From Monocercomonoides exilis PA203 (lineage: Eukaryota > Protista > Preaxostyla), in NCBI GenBank assembly GCA_001643675.2, contig LSRY02000002.1:2108001-2172000 (forward strand): 64,000 nucleotides of DNA, in the 5' to 3' direction. The first letter of the stretch is position 1. Each line of letters opens with the position of its first letter. The notes beneath the pieces are model-generated. The model was given only the letters and a program-made list of their open reading frames with translations. It was not told the DNA's origin and did no database searches. Positions 1 through 12,000 of the stretch are shown piece by piece. A program made the position numbers and the translations under genes.

Positions 1-2
1 TA

Positions 3-149
3 TCACACTCATTGCGCTCTTTTCGCTTAAAGCACCAGAAATTTGCTCATAAGCATGATTTGAAAGGGTGGTCATGGCCTTGGCCAACGTTCCTTTCAAT
101 TTTCAGTGTGACAATTGACCAAACAGTTGATCTAAGCCTTTATTTATAA
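3..149 (+). CDS. possible 3' end of a gene entering from the left edge (…KGWSWPWPTFLSIFSVTIDQTVDLSLYL*)
   Basis: Frame 3 is open from the window edge to TAA at 147-149 and is more GC-rich than the AT-rich sequence after it; no recognisable motif. Confidence 0.35.
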   Translation, partial: SHSLRSFRLKHQKFAHKHDLKGWSWPWPTFLSIFSVTIDQTVDLSLYL

Positions 150-447
150 CAAAAAATCAAATTTCTAAGCACAATTATTATTTGATTTACAATTGCATAT
201 ATTATTATAAATAAGTGAAATGGACGAAAAAATGGTGTTATTTTTAATAGCAAGAAAATTAAGAAAAATCCATAACTCTATAATGAAAAACACATATCAC
301 ATGCAAGAAAGCAATTGCTCTCTGCCACTTTTAAAAGATAATTATAGATGAAATAATAGATAACAGTCTCAATTCTGATGAAGAGAGCTGAAGGTGATAC
401 AAATGCATCAAACTTGAAATGTTTTGAAATGAAGAGCAAGGAAATGT

Positions 448-1225
448 TCAACTCCAACAAGAGCAGTGTACATCCGATATAAAATTCCAATATAAAATTT
501 CATACTCCTCTTGGGTGACATTGCAATTAAAGTTTATCTTTTTTAAAAAAATCACTTCTGATTGATTTAAAATGGAAAGAGGAACCCCAAGTTGTTTTGC
601 CCACCAACTATTTGTAAAAGGAATATCTCTTTCCATTTTCGTTGTAATAGTAATTGCGCACAATAACAGTGTCCCAAGGTTTGCTTCAGACACGATAGAT
701 TTTCCACCTTGACGAATTAGCTCAGATTCCTCAGCAAGCATTCTTGTCGTGAGAATATAAAAATGTGATAATTCTGCATTTGTCAGTTTTGCGTATTTTC
801 CAACATAGCTTATAAAATGTTTGATTTGATTGACCATTAATTCACCTGGTTTAGACAGATAGAATTTGTTTGATGGCAACTGAATATCAACTAATCTTGG
901 AAGGCATGAAGATAAATGTGATGTAATTGAAAAGGCGACATATTGAACAAAAGCTTCATTGATTCCAGAAAGGGAAAATTCCGAAATCGAATATTTTGAA
1001 TCCGCGACGATTGGTGCAGCAACGTCTTCGTTTTTCTCATTTTTTGAATTTTGAAATATTTCGCAATTATGCTCTGAGCCTAGAATTTGCGCAGCAAGAA
1101 TTGAAGTACTTGGAAAATTTATAATTGAGCATAAATTATTTTTAAAAGGGAATCAAGTTGAAATAATTGGGAAATAATTTTTTTTAAAAATTCAAAATGA
1201 AAAATATTTCAAAGTCACACCTCAT
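448..1225 (-). CDS. Pho80/PCL (cyclin P/U-type) cyclin
   Basis: Cyclin box LLLCAITITTKMERDIPFTNSWWAKQLGVPLSILNQSEVIFLKKINF matches the Pho80-like pattern. The frame is open to 1152 without an ATG; a 5-nt first exon (ATG AG at 1225-1221) spliced across intron 1220-1109 restores the frame. Start is uncertain. Confidence 0.8.
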
Positions 1226-1769
1226 AAAAGATGAAGAAGCAAATTGAATGGGTAAATCCATGTAACTACGTGATTGACAATCAAGCGTTACACATGAATT
1301 TGCCATCTTTGAACGAATTAGAAAACTATTATCTTTCAAGGAAATGAAATATGGTAACGGAGTCGGAAATAAAAATTGATAATCATGGGAGGAAAAAATT
1401 TTTCTCCGTAAAAAAACCTTGACATGTCAAGTCATTAATTAGAACATGTAATGTATGCATCAAAAAGATTGAACTTTAAATATCCGATTGTCCGAGAGTG
1501 TTTGATCAAATAAGTAACCATATATTACTTTTTATTTTAATTTTTAATCCTTCATAACGTGATATAAGTTTGTCTTTAAAATCATCAAATATAATTTTTC
1601 TTATAATTTAAATTATTTAATTATTAATTAAATATAATTGTTGAAATCACTTTTATATTTAAAATTTTTGTTTTAAATGGATTAACATTCAATAATATTC
1701 CTAGTGTCAGGAGAAATCAGAAAAGAAACAACTTCACTAAAGAAAATAGATCTTTGGAAGCGTAGTTCA

Positions 1770-4700
1770 ATGGTTTATCATGCATTTGATCAGAAGCTTG
1801 AAGATATTCCGCCTCAATTAACATTTAAACTTCGCCCACATCAGCAAATCGGGGTGCAATGGATGATCATGAGAGAGACAGACCCCCCTGGAGGTTTTGC
1901 AATGCGAGGAGGGATTTTAGCAGATGAAATGGGGTTAGGAAAAACAATAGAAGTTTTGGCCCTTTTGGCAATTGAAAAACATCAGAAAAATCGCTTAATA
2001 ATGCGGGAAACGCAAAAAAATTTGCGTCATAACGCTGATGAAGCAGAAGAAAAGGATTTCCAATTAATAAGACAAGAATTATTTTCAAAAAAACATCGAA
2101 CAAGATCGTTTGTCTTTTTTATATGAAATCAAAAAGTAAAATTTTCAATATCTGACTTTTTATTTTGATGCATTTTTATTGTGCAATAGTATTCAATCGT
2201 TTTTACAAGCAAAATTGAACAAAGTTCCAGGTACATTGATTGTATGCCCCAAAGGAGTTATGTCTCATTGGTTGAACAAAGCGCAAGAGACTTTGAGAGG
2301 AAAAGATTCATTTAAAGTGCACATTATTCATTCATCGCTCAGCGAGGTTAAAAACCAAGAAGAGCACGAATGCGTTCTCGGATGGGCCAGGAATTTGAGC
2401 AATAAAGATGTCATAAATGAATGCGATATTTGTCTAACCACTTACAATGTTGTGCGTGTTCAACTGAACAATCTTACAACCTGGCTCGAAGAAAAGACAG
2501 GGAAAAAAGTTGCTGCTGGGCCAAAGAAAAAAAGTTCCAGCAAATCGGCATCAGCAAAGAAGCACGACGGAAGTGGAGTGTTCGCACCTTTTCCAACATC
2601 TTTCACTGAGAAAGACGATAAATTGAATGAAGACGGGGATGATGGGTTTAAATTTCTGGACGATGCTGACTTGCTGGAGCAAGAGGAAGAAGTGATGCAG
2701 CGTGCAGCAACCGAGCTTAATGATGAGCAGTTTAAGCAGATGATATTCGAAGGGTGGAAGCGTTGGCCTTTGTTTACTGTGGCGTGGAAGCGCATTGTGT
2801 TGGACGAAGCACACAACATCAAGAACGACAAAACAGATCAGACCAAAGCAGCGTTTGCGCTGATGACTCAGCGAAGATGGGCGCTGACTGGCACGCCTGT
2901 GCAGAACAACCTGAGAGATGTGATTACACTCCAGATATTTCTACGCTTCCACACTGACCAGACACAGGAATCAATATACGGCAGTATACTCAGGAGAACG
3001 AAGGACGAAGCTTTGAAAGGACAGCTTCCAAATAAGTTCTACTCAGAAATGAGGGTGGAGCTATCTCCTATTGAAAAACAGTTTTATCAGCTACTTGAAG
3101 CAGACTCGTCGAAAGAAGCGGATTATCTGCTCGAACAGAAGGCAGTTTTTAAATCAAGACAAGCCACTTTGAGTCTTCTTGAGCTTATTCTCCGACTTCA
3201 ACAAGCGTGCCTGCATCCCGCTCTGGTTGTGAAAAGCATTCTTGAGAGAGGATTCGTTGTTGTCAAGTGCAAGTCCACATTCAGACAAGCTGTGAAGGCG
3301 TTTGTCACATCTCCGCGTCTGCTGTTTGAGGAGGCAATGGATCCTCCTCGTGCAGTGCATGCAGAAGAGCTGGAGATTGCGAATGTTCCTGAACAGCATG
3401 GGCCCATCCCTGATTTATCTCCAAAGAACAGCTTCATTCTGGGCTCTCCTTCAAAATTTGGCACGTGCAGCGACAGCTCATTCCCGCCAAAGCCTTTGGA
3501 TGGAATGGACTTCCCCTTTTCTCCTCTTTCGTATTCTTTCCCATCATCTTCAGGTTCTTTGGCACAAATGCCAATGATTCATCCTCCGCAGCCCCCATTC
3601 ACGGTTAATTGTCCAACACTCAATTGGAAGTTCCAAGCACCACCTGATTCTGCAGAGAAAAAAGATGATTTAAATACATCAGGAAAAAGCTCAGATTCTT
3701 CTGCCACTGACTCGTCTTCATCTTTCAGTAATTCAATGAAGCGCTCAAACAGACAAAGAGTGAAAAGCAGTTCTTTAACATTGCAAAATTCAGGGATGAA
3801 AACTTCATTGTCACATGTCAAAGCGAAAGATCCGTTTTTGGAGCCGAAGACAAACGAATATTACGACAGCAGCAAAAAAACTGATAGAGCAAATGGGTCA
3901 TTTCCCTTTGGAGGCACCCAAAGCAATACGAGCAGCGGTGAAGATGGAGACGCAAATAAAGCTTCTGAAGATGGTGATTCGACAGACAAAAACAACATGG
4001 AGTTGATAATCGATCGACCTTTGACTTTGGATGAATTGCTAATGTTTAGCAATAAAAGCGGTCAAAGCAATGAGAAGAGCAAAGAAGACGAAGAAGCAAG
4101 ATCAAAGAAATTTAGAACGTTTCGCATAAATTTTGATGATGATGGAGAAATCAGTAGCGAAAGCGACTCTGATAAGCAATCGTCTAAAGAGAAAGATAAA
4201 CAAAGAAAAACAACAGAAGATGATGAAGATGAAGAAGATGAAGAAGAGGCCGAGGAAGAAGAAGAAATCAGTGAAAGCGATAAAACCTTAAAAAACAACA
4301 GAGCAGATAAAGCAATGGAAAACAACAAAGACGAGCCGAAAACAACAGAAAAACAGAATCAGAAACCGAAAAGCCAAAATATGAATGCAGCAAATTCATC
4401 AACGCTGAGTCTCTCAAATTTTTCTTTTCCAACATTCTCAAAAGATTCTTCTTTTGCAAATTTTAAATCGGATTTTTCAAACATCAGTTTTCCTTCATTA
4501 GCTCAGTCTCCGTTGCCTTCAACCACACCCACAAATTTGTCTGCATTAACAGGCGTGTCTTCATTTCCGAGTAATTATTTTGTTTCAAAGGAAACCATTT
4601 CCTCAATCATGGATCCTTCTAACACTATTTCTCTTCCATTACCCATTCAAGGGCTTCACACAACAATTGGACAATCTTTGGTTTCAGCAAATACAAAACA

Positions 4701-7700
4701 AAGTTCAAATACCACTTCATCTCAACAGCAGCCTGTTGACTCGAAAATACATTCAACTCTTCTCAAAGATGATGTGGATCAAACGGTTACAGTTACACAG
4801 AATATGAAATCAGAAGGAGAAAAGCAAGAAAATGAAAGCAAACAAACAGAACAGGATATGCAAGCAGCTCAAGATAATAAAACTATTGCTTCAGAAAAGA
4901 TAGAGCAGGAAATCAAAGAAAAAACAGAAAATTCTACAAAAGACGGAGAAACCGATGATCTTCCATTGCCACTTCCAGCAGGAATGCAGATGCCAACACC
5001 AATAAAAACAGAAAAAGAAAGTTCTTTGCTTGTTGCTACGCAATACAGAAACAAAATAATAAACAAAGGAACAAAGTTGGCCCAATCATCAATTGTCGAT
5101 TTTTTCAGCAATCGAAGCAAAAGTGATTCTGTTGCAAATAGTTCGAATAACACAGAAGACAACACAATACATTCAGAAAGTCAAAATGACGCAACAAGCT
5201 TTATTAAAAGCGAGAATGATGGAGTTATGGATCCGCTAGATGAAATAATTGAGAAATCCAAAGACGTCATATCAAAAGGAAGTTCAAATGATGGAGATAA
5301 TAGCACTGACAATGGAAACACAACAGACAACATACATGATTCTCCGTCTTCACCAGCTTCATCTTCGCTTCATTCAGAAAGCTCAAGTGAAAAACTGAAC
5401 TTGAGCATTCAATTGAAGCAGAAACGAGAGAGTATTCCGAAGGAATTAGAAAAAGAATCAAGCAGCACAAATGAATCAAAGGAAGATGATGAGAAAGAAG
5501 ACGATGAAATTGAGATTATAAATGAGAATAAAAATGGCAAGAGTTCAAAATCCGTTAAAAAAGGACAATCAACTTCGGATGCAATGAAAATCGTTTCGAA
5601 GCCAGCAAAATGGCGCAGAAATCAACGCAAATTGATTTCTGTTGGAGCATCAGAAGTTCATTCCATTGATAATGAAGAAACAGAAGATGAGATATTTAAC
5701 GAAAACGGAGAAGGAGACGATGAAGAGACAAACACAGATAATTCCGAAGAGGATGAAAATTTCTCTTTGAGCAGCAGTGCAATCAGCGAAATCACAGAAG
5801 ACGAGAAAACAGAGGAGAAAAAAGGAGGTTCTAGGCAATCTGGTGAGATGCCAGTATTTGAAGCAGAGTCGAGCAAACGACATGCTGTTGCTGCAAAGAA
5901 AGTTCAGAGCAGATCACATCAGAACAATTCGGAACGAGCTTCAGCTTCAACTCCATCGCCTTCTCCAGTCCCATTTTCGTCACTCATTTTTTCGCCCAGT
6001 CCAACTCCTGCACCAACTCCTTCCTCTGGAGGTGCTCTAACAAAATACCATTTTTGTATGCCTCCTCAGAACAAATATGAGAAAGAGAGTTATGCTGACC
6101 AGAAACTCAGCAAAACGAATCTTTTTGGAAAAGAAGACGAAATAAGCAAAGAAAGAAACGGATCGTCTCCATTTCCTGCATCAGAAAGCGAAGAGTTATC
6201 TGAAAGTGAGCTTTCTGATTCCTCTTCAAACGATATTCCAAAGGGCAAAACTCCTACAGCTACTGACGGTACTGCTTCGAGTGAAGGAAAAGAGCATCAA
6301 CATATTCATAAAAAGAGCAACAATTTTGAGGTTAGTCCACCTTTTCTGGATTTGTTTGATGACGAAGAGCCAAATGACATCCATCCTGCACTTCTTCCCT
6401 ATTTGAAAAAGACATCATCATCCGGAACTGCTTCAAGCTCTTCTTTTCCTTCTTTAAATTCTATTCCTCTTAGCGAAACGACTTCTAAACATTTGGATAG
6501 CATTGATTCAGAATCTGAAGCAAAGTCGAAAGAAAACACATCAGATGAATCAAAACCCTCCACAGATCTAATTTCATTAGATTCTCTATCTGTTCCTTCA
6601 GATCTTCACTTTCTATTTTCTCGTTTTTGTTCTCTCTGCATGCAATGGGCAGTTGACCCGCTATGTACTCCATGTGGCCATGTTTTCTGCCGCGACTGTA
6701 TGCATTCATACATCGAAAAGGAGGAGGAAAAAGCAAAGCAGACCTTGTGGGCAAAAATAAACACACCAGAAGCCAGAGAAGAAGTTTCTCGAAGGCTTTT
6801 CTTGAAAAGCAAACCTAAAAGCTCAACTGAACCATCATCTTCTTCTAATTCTTCTGTATCTCCGTCAACTCAGGCCAAGCAATCAAAAACAGGCAAAGAT
6901 TCAAGGAAAGGAGGGAAAGGAGGGAAAGGCAAGCAACAAAAGAAGTCTGTTGAACTTGATGACCCACTTCTGAAACTGAAGCAGCTTTCTAATCCTGAAC
7001 TGGACAGCATCGAAGGAGACTTCACTGCTGCAATTGACTCATTGGTTTCACACGAAATTAAAGGGAACAAATCCAACTCTCACTCTGAAAAGCAGATTAG
7101 TTCGAAAGATGTTTCATCTTTTGATGTGACAAATCAATTGACAAAGCATCTTGAGGCTGTGATGAAGAAGCCTCGAAGTCAGTTTACGTGCCCAGTCTGT
7201 GGAAAAGAGCAAAAGAGAAACAGCATGTGCTCATTGGCACTTTTGCATGCAGTGTATTCAATGATTGCTTCAAAGACAGGAAGGGAATTGCTGGGAATAG
7301 AGGAGCTGAATGCACTTTATGGAGAAAAATATCAGTTTAATAGCATCGAAGAATTGCATCAATACCCTGATTTTAAGCCATCTTCTCCAAGACATCAAAC
7401 CCACCCAAATGCTATTTCCAGTGTTGTTCAAAGAGAGAAAGTAATCACAGAAACTGTTCCGTCTGCTCATTCCAGTCCTTCACAACAATCTTGTTCTTCT
7501 CCTCTTTCTTCTTCGGAATCGCCAGAAAAAGCAGCAACACCTGACACAAATTCAGATACAAAAAAGCATTTTTGTACGTCAACTAAACTTGCCACGTTAG
7601 TCAATCACATAACTCAGCTACCAAAAGGAGAGAAAATTGTGGTATTTTCAAAGTGGACGTCGTGTCTCGACATTCTTGCATTACTGTTGGGTAAATGCGA

Positions 7701-8769
7701 TGTGCCGTTTGCTCGTTTTGATGGTCAGCAGACGATACACGAGCAGCAGCAAAATCTGCATCGCTTTGCATTCCACAAGAAATGCTGTGTTCTCCTCGCC
7801 TCTTTGAAAGCAGGTGGTGTCGGATTGGATCTTGTCGCAGCAAACCATGTTGTGCTGGTTGATTTGTGGTGGAATCCGTTTGTTGAAGAGCAGGCTGTTG
7901 ACAGAGTGCATCGGATAGGTCAGTTGAAAGATGTGGAAGTGATTCGCATTGTTGTTGGTGGTAGCGTTGAAGAGCGTATTTGCATGCTGCAAGAAGAGAA
8001 AAGAGAAGTTGCAGAAAACATGCTTCATGATGTGTCGACAGCCTTCTTTGAGTCAGAAAATAAAGACGATCATGATTCTCAGTCAGTAGCACAACTGGCA
8101 CAGTCGCTGAAAGGCAGTGACTACAACTTCTTGATTCAGGGTGGATTCAGAAAGGGTGGACATGAAGGAATGTATTTCAGATCTGGGCAAAATGCATACA
8201 TGAATAGTGGCAACTCTCGTCCATACTCTGGATCAAAATGGACAATTAGGAATATGAAATCAACTTCTCCTTCACCTTCTTCTTCTCCATCGGTTAATTC
8301 ATCTCCACTTCCCATGACACTTCCAACGGAGAGCAAAGTTATTCTTCCTCCACTTCCTTTTATGCTTCCAAAAACCACTCTTAGTCCATCTAACGGGTCT
8401 TTGATTTCTTCTCCTTCGCCTCTCTCTTCGCCATCTCCGTTGCCCCATCCTTCACCTTTCCTGAAATCAACTTATTCAAATCCTCCTCAGACCCCTTCAA
8501 CCTTTAAGCAGATCCAGAATCTTAATTTCACTCAGGTTAATCCATTTGCACACGCCTCAAATCAAAAGGATTTAGTGATCGGAGGCAAACCATTTTTGCC
8601 AGCCCAGCAGCAGGTTAATTATCCACCACTTCATTCAAATGTGACGATGGTTGCATATCCTCCGTCAAATGGAGCTCCTTCTGTTAATGATGGAACAGAT
8701 CCCCTGTCTCAATTCTCTTCAAAAATGCCAGTTATGTCAATGCCCTCGCCTCTAAATCGTAAGTTTTAG
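1770..8769 (+). CDS. RAD5/RAD16-family SNF2 ATPase with embedded RING finger
   Basis: GGILADEMGLGKT (Walker A), RIVLDEAHNIKN, ALTGTPVQN, LRRTK, LRLQQACLHP, C3HC4 RING, KIVVFSKWT, SLKAGGVGLDL, WWNPFVEEQAVDRVHRIGQ. ORFs 1704-2126 and 2179-8769 join in frame through GT-AG intron 2108-2189. The start may lie further upstream. Confidence 0.93.
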
Positions 8770-9021
8770 TTGTAATGTCCCTTTTGTATTTTTGGAAATT
8801 ACTCTCATCGAATATTAGAATCTTCATTTCATTTTATTTGTCTGGTCTTTCGTTCATTTTTGGCTCTGTTCCGAAAGCGAACGAGCATTACATCATATTT
8901 CTCCAGTTTTATTTTCTTTTTTTGATTTTTTTTACAAATTGTTTTTGAACCTTTACAAAAGATGCATATATAAAGAAATGTATCATATTTTTTTTTCAAA
9001 TTTCATTTCGTGAAATGAAAG

Positions 9022-12000
9022 TCAAGTCTCTTTGAAAAAAGTTTCCATCTCATCTTTTGTACTCTTGTCAACAACAAGAGCAAGCAGATTATTGCTGGCA
9101 ACAAAGAGAGAACGATCGTATGAAAGAAATGAAAGCGAGTGCTCCTGATGTGATTTGAAATGAGTCGAAAGAGAATGAAATTGATCAGAAAATGTTGGTA
9201 TTGACCGAATTCTTTCGAGATGCAGGTTGTCGTGAAATGGCACATTGTCTGTGTCAGTTGTAGACTTTTTGGCATTCCGAAGAGGAGAGCTGACAACAGT
9301 CCACTGATTAGACACAAAATTGGAGAGAACAAGCAGATTAGCTTCATTTGACAAGAAAGCAGTAGCTTCAGGTCTCCGAAATGTTGTAGCAATTAAAAGA
9401 GGAAATAGAAGAGACGAGAGATGAGGCTTCACGAAGAATGGAACAGGGAAACGACACAGATGAAATAGCAAAGTGGAAGAGTCAATAAATGAGAATGGAT
9501 TGCCTTTAGTGAAAGAAGGATTTGAAGCAGTAGTAATCAAAGCATCAGATGGCTGGGTTGACGAAGTAATGGGGAGTGTTGTTTGGAGAAGATGTGGCCT
9601 TGTGGAAAGAGCTGAAACACACTGGAAAAGAGAGAAAGATGTGGAAGGCCCTGCAGAAAAGAAGCAGCTTTGGATGGATGGAGACGAAAGAGCAAAGGAA
9701 GGAATAAGAATGCATGCGGATATCAAAAGTGATTGGATAAGTTGAGGAAGAGTTTGCAAGTTTGAGGGCTGAGAAATAGATGCAACTTGTGGTTGTTGAG
9801 TTTTGAGCAAAGCAGAAGAGGCATTTTTACTATCCGAAGAAAAGAGCGAAATAGAAGCGTTGTATTCAAAGTTGATGATCATTTGCGCTAAAGAGACAAT
9901 TGATGGGCGAATAGAATCTGAGCTTGTTCTTGTTGAAGAGGCAGAAGAAGTAAGTTTTTCGAAAGGCGAAGACACTGCATGCAAAAAGGGAGAAAGATCT
10001 CCAACTGCAAAAGCTGACATGAGAGGTGAAATTGATGGGTCAATGAAATGCGAAGAGGTTGAAGAAGATGAAGCAGAAGATGCAGCAAATCCAAGTGATG
10101 AAGTGAGTGAGGTGTTTTGATAAGACTGTTGTGCAGAGAGAGCCAATCTGCCAGAAGATGGGATGGAAGATGCGGGAGCGTATTTGTTAACAAGAAGAGG
10201 AAGTGCAGGGTGAATGAAAAAGACAATATTTGCAAGAATTGAAGCGATAACAGAAGGAGAAAGTGATGGGTCGATTGGCAAAGGAGTTGACGTGAATGAA
10301 AGAGGAGTGGATGTAGTGTGGATTCTGTGCTGAGGAAGAAGTAGCACTGGATGTGTGTTTAAGAAGATGACCAGCCGAGACAAAAGTGAAAGAACAGAAA
10401 GAAGAAATGTGAAATGAAGATTATTTGTGGAAATGCATGTGACAAGAGACGAGCAATATGATGAAAAGATGATTGGAGGCGTCGAAGAAGATGCAGGAGT
10501 GTATGGAGGAACAATTGACGGTGAAATGATATTTGAAATGATGCAAAGAATGTGCTTAATGCTAAATCCGATCGCTCCGAAAAGAGAAGGATGCAGAAGC
10601 TGAAAGACATGCTGCACAATCGAAAGTGTGATAAATGAAGGTTCATCGACAGGAAAGATTTGAGATGAAGAAAATGAACTTTGAGGAGCAGTTGATATTT
10701 TGCCCAAAAATGAAGAAGAGTATTTATCACGCTGAGTTGCAGCATCTCTCTCCAAATTGCATATGTTTTCTAGATCAGCTAACTCAAGCACAGTCAAAAG
10801 TGAATGCACAAAATGTGGAAGATGAAGGCAAATTATCGAGGTGACAGTATTTATAACACAAAATGGTATAACTGGCATAACTCCTTTCGCTTTTTCTCGA
10901 TCTTTTTCTTTTTCCTTTGCATGCAGATGAGTGTACTGCAGCGAAAATTCAAACAAATTGTTCGATTCCAATGAACCCAATGCAAAGGGAGAAGTCAAAG
11001 ATGATAATGTTGCAACAGCTTGTAAAGAAAATCCTTTTTTCGAAGAAAGCTTTTCTTTTTCAGGGTAAAAAACAGCTGAAAAAGCTTCGCAAAGAAAATG
11101 GAATCCATCTGAATGTGTAAGAAGTGCAACCATATAAGGAGAAAGAACTGAAACGATAGAAGATATTGGCAAGAGCAACGGAGACAAAAATTCGCTGATA
11201 GAAAATTTGGCTTTCTGGTCTTCATTTGTGGCTGAGAAATGAAACAGCGTCGAATCATCAGATGACTGTCTCAAAGCAAATGCTTGATTGCAATCTGTAA
11301 GCGTTGTCTTTGAATGATTAGCTGATTCTTTCATTCTGAATGGTATCAAAGAAAGAGAATGAAACAGTTGTGTGAAGGAAATAAGAGTCTCGCTGAGCCA
11401 TTCAATGTCTCGAAGCTGAAGGCCAGCACACGAAGCATACGCAAAAGTTCCACTTTGAACAGATTCCAGTGAACAAGACTGATCTTGCCCTGTAGCTGAT
11501 TGTTGCGTTGAGTCCTTTGTTTCACTGTCGGACGATTGGGATCGGCTTAACGATTGGCAAATGGACTGAAGTTTTGGGTAAACAGGGTCCGCCAATCTTG
11601 AGAGAGGATGAGTGTCAAACGGGATAAATAAGGCTAATATAGTTGCTGTCAACGTTCTAAACAGTGCTTGTGCCCAATTTTGTATACTTTTGTGTGATGT
11701 CTCATCTTTGGCTGATGTATCTTTCACTTCTTTCTGTTCAATTTCTTCATTCTGTTTAATGGATGCCCCTCCTTTCTTTTTCTGTGGCTTTTGCTGAAGC
11801 ATTTTCGATGATTGTTGCTGCTCGCCATCAGATGAAGTAGCTTTAGAAGTGTTTGGGGTAGAAAAGAGGAGCAACGAAATTAGATTGTGCATTCTTGACA
11901 ACCATGCACGAGAACAAAGAATGTATGGATCTGAGAAAAATGAAGTCAACTCAATTAAACATCCAACAGAAGAATCAAAAAGAAGTTTGCTTCCATTTTT

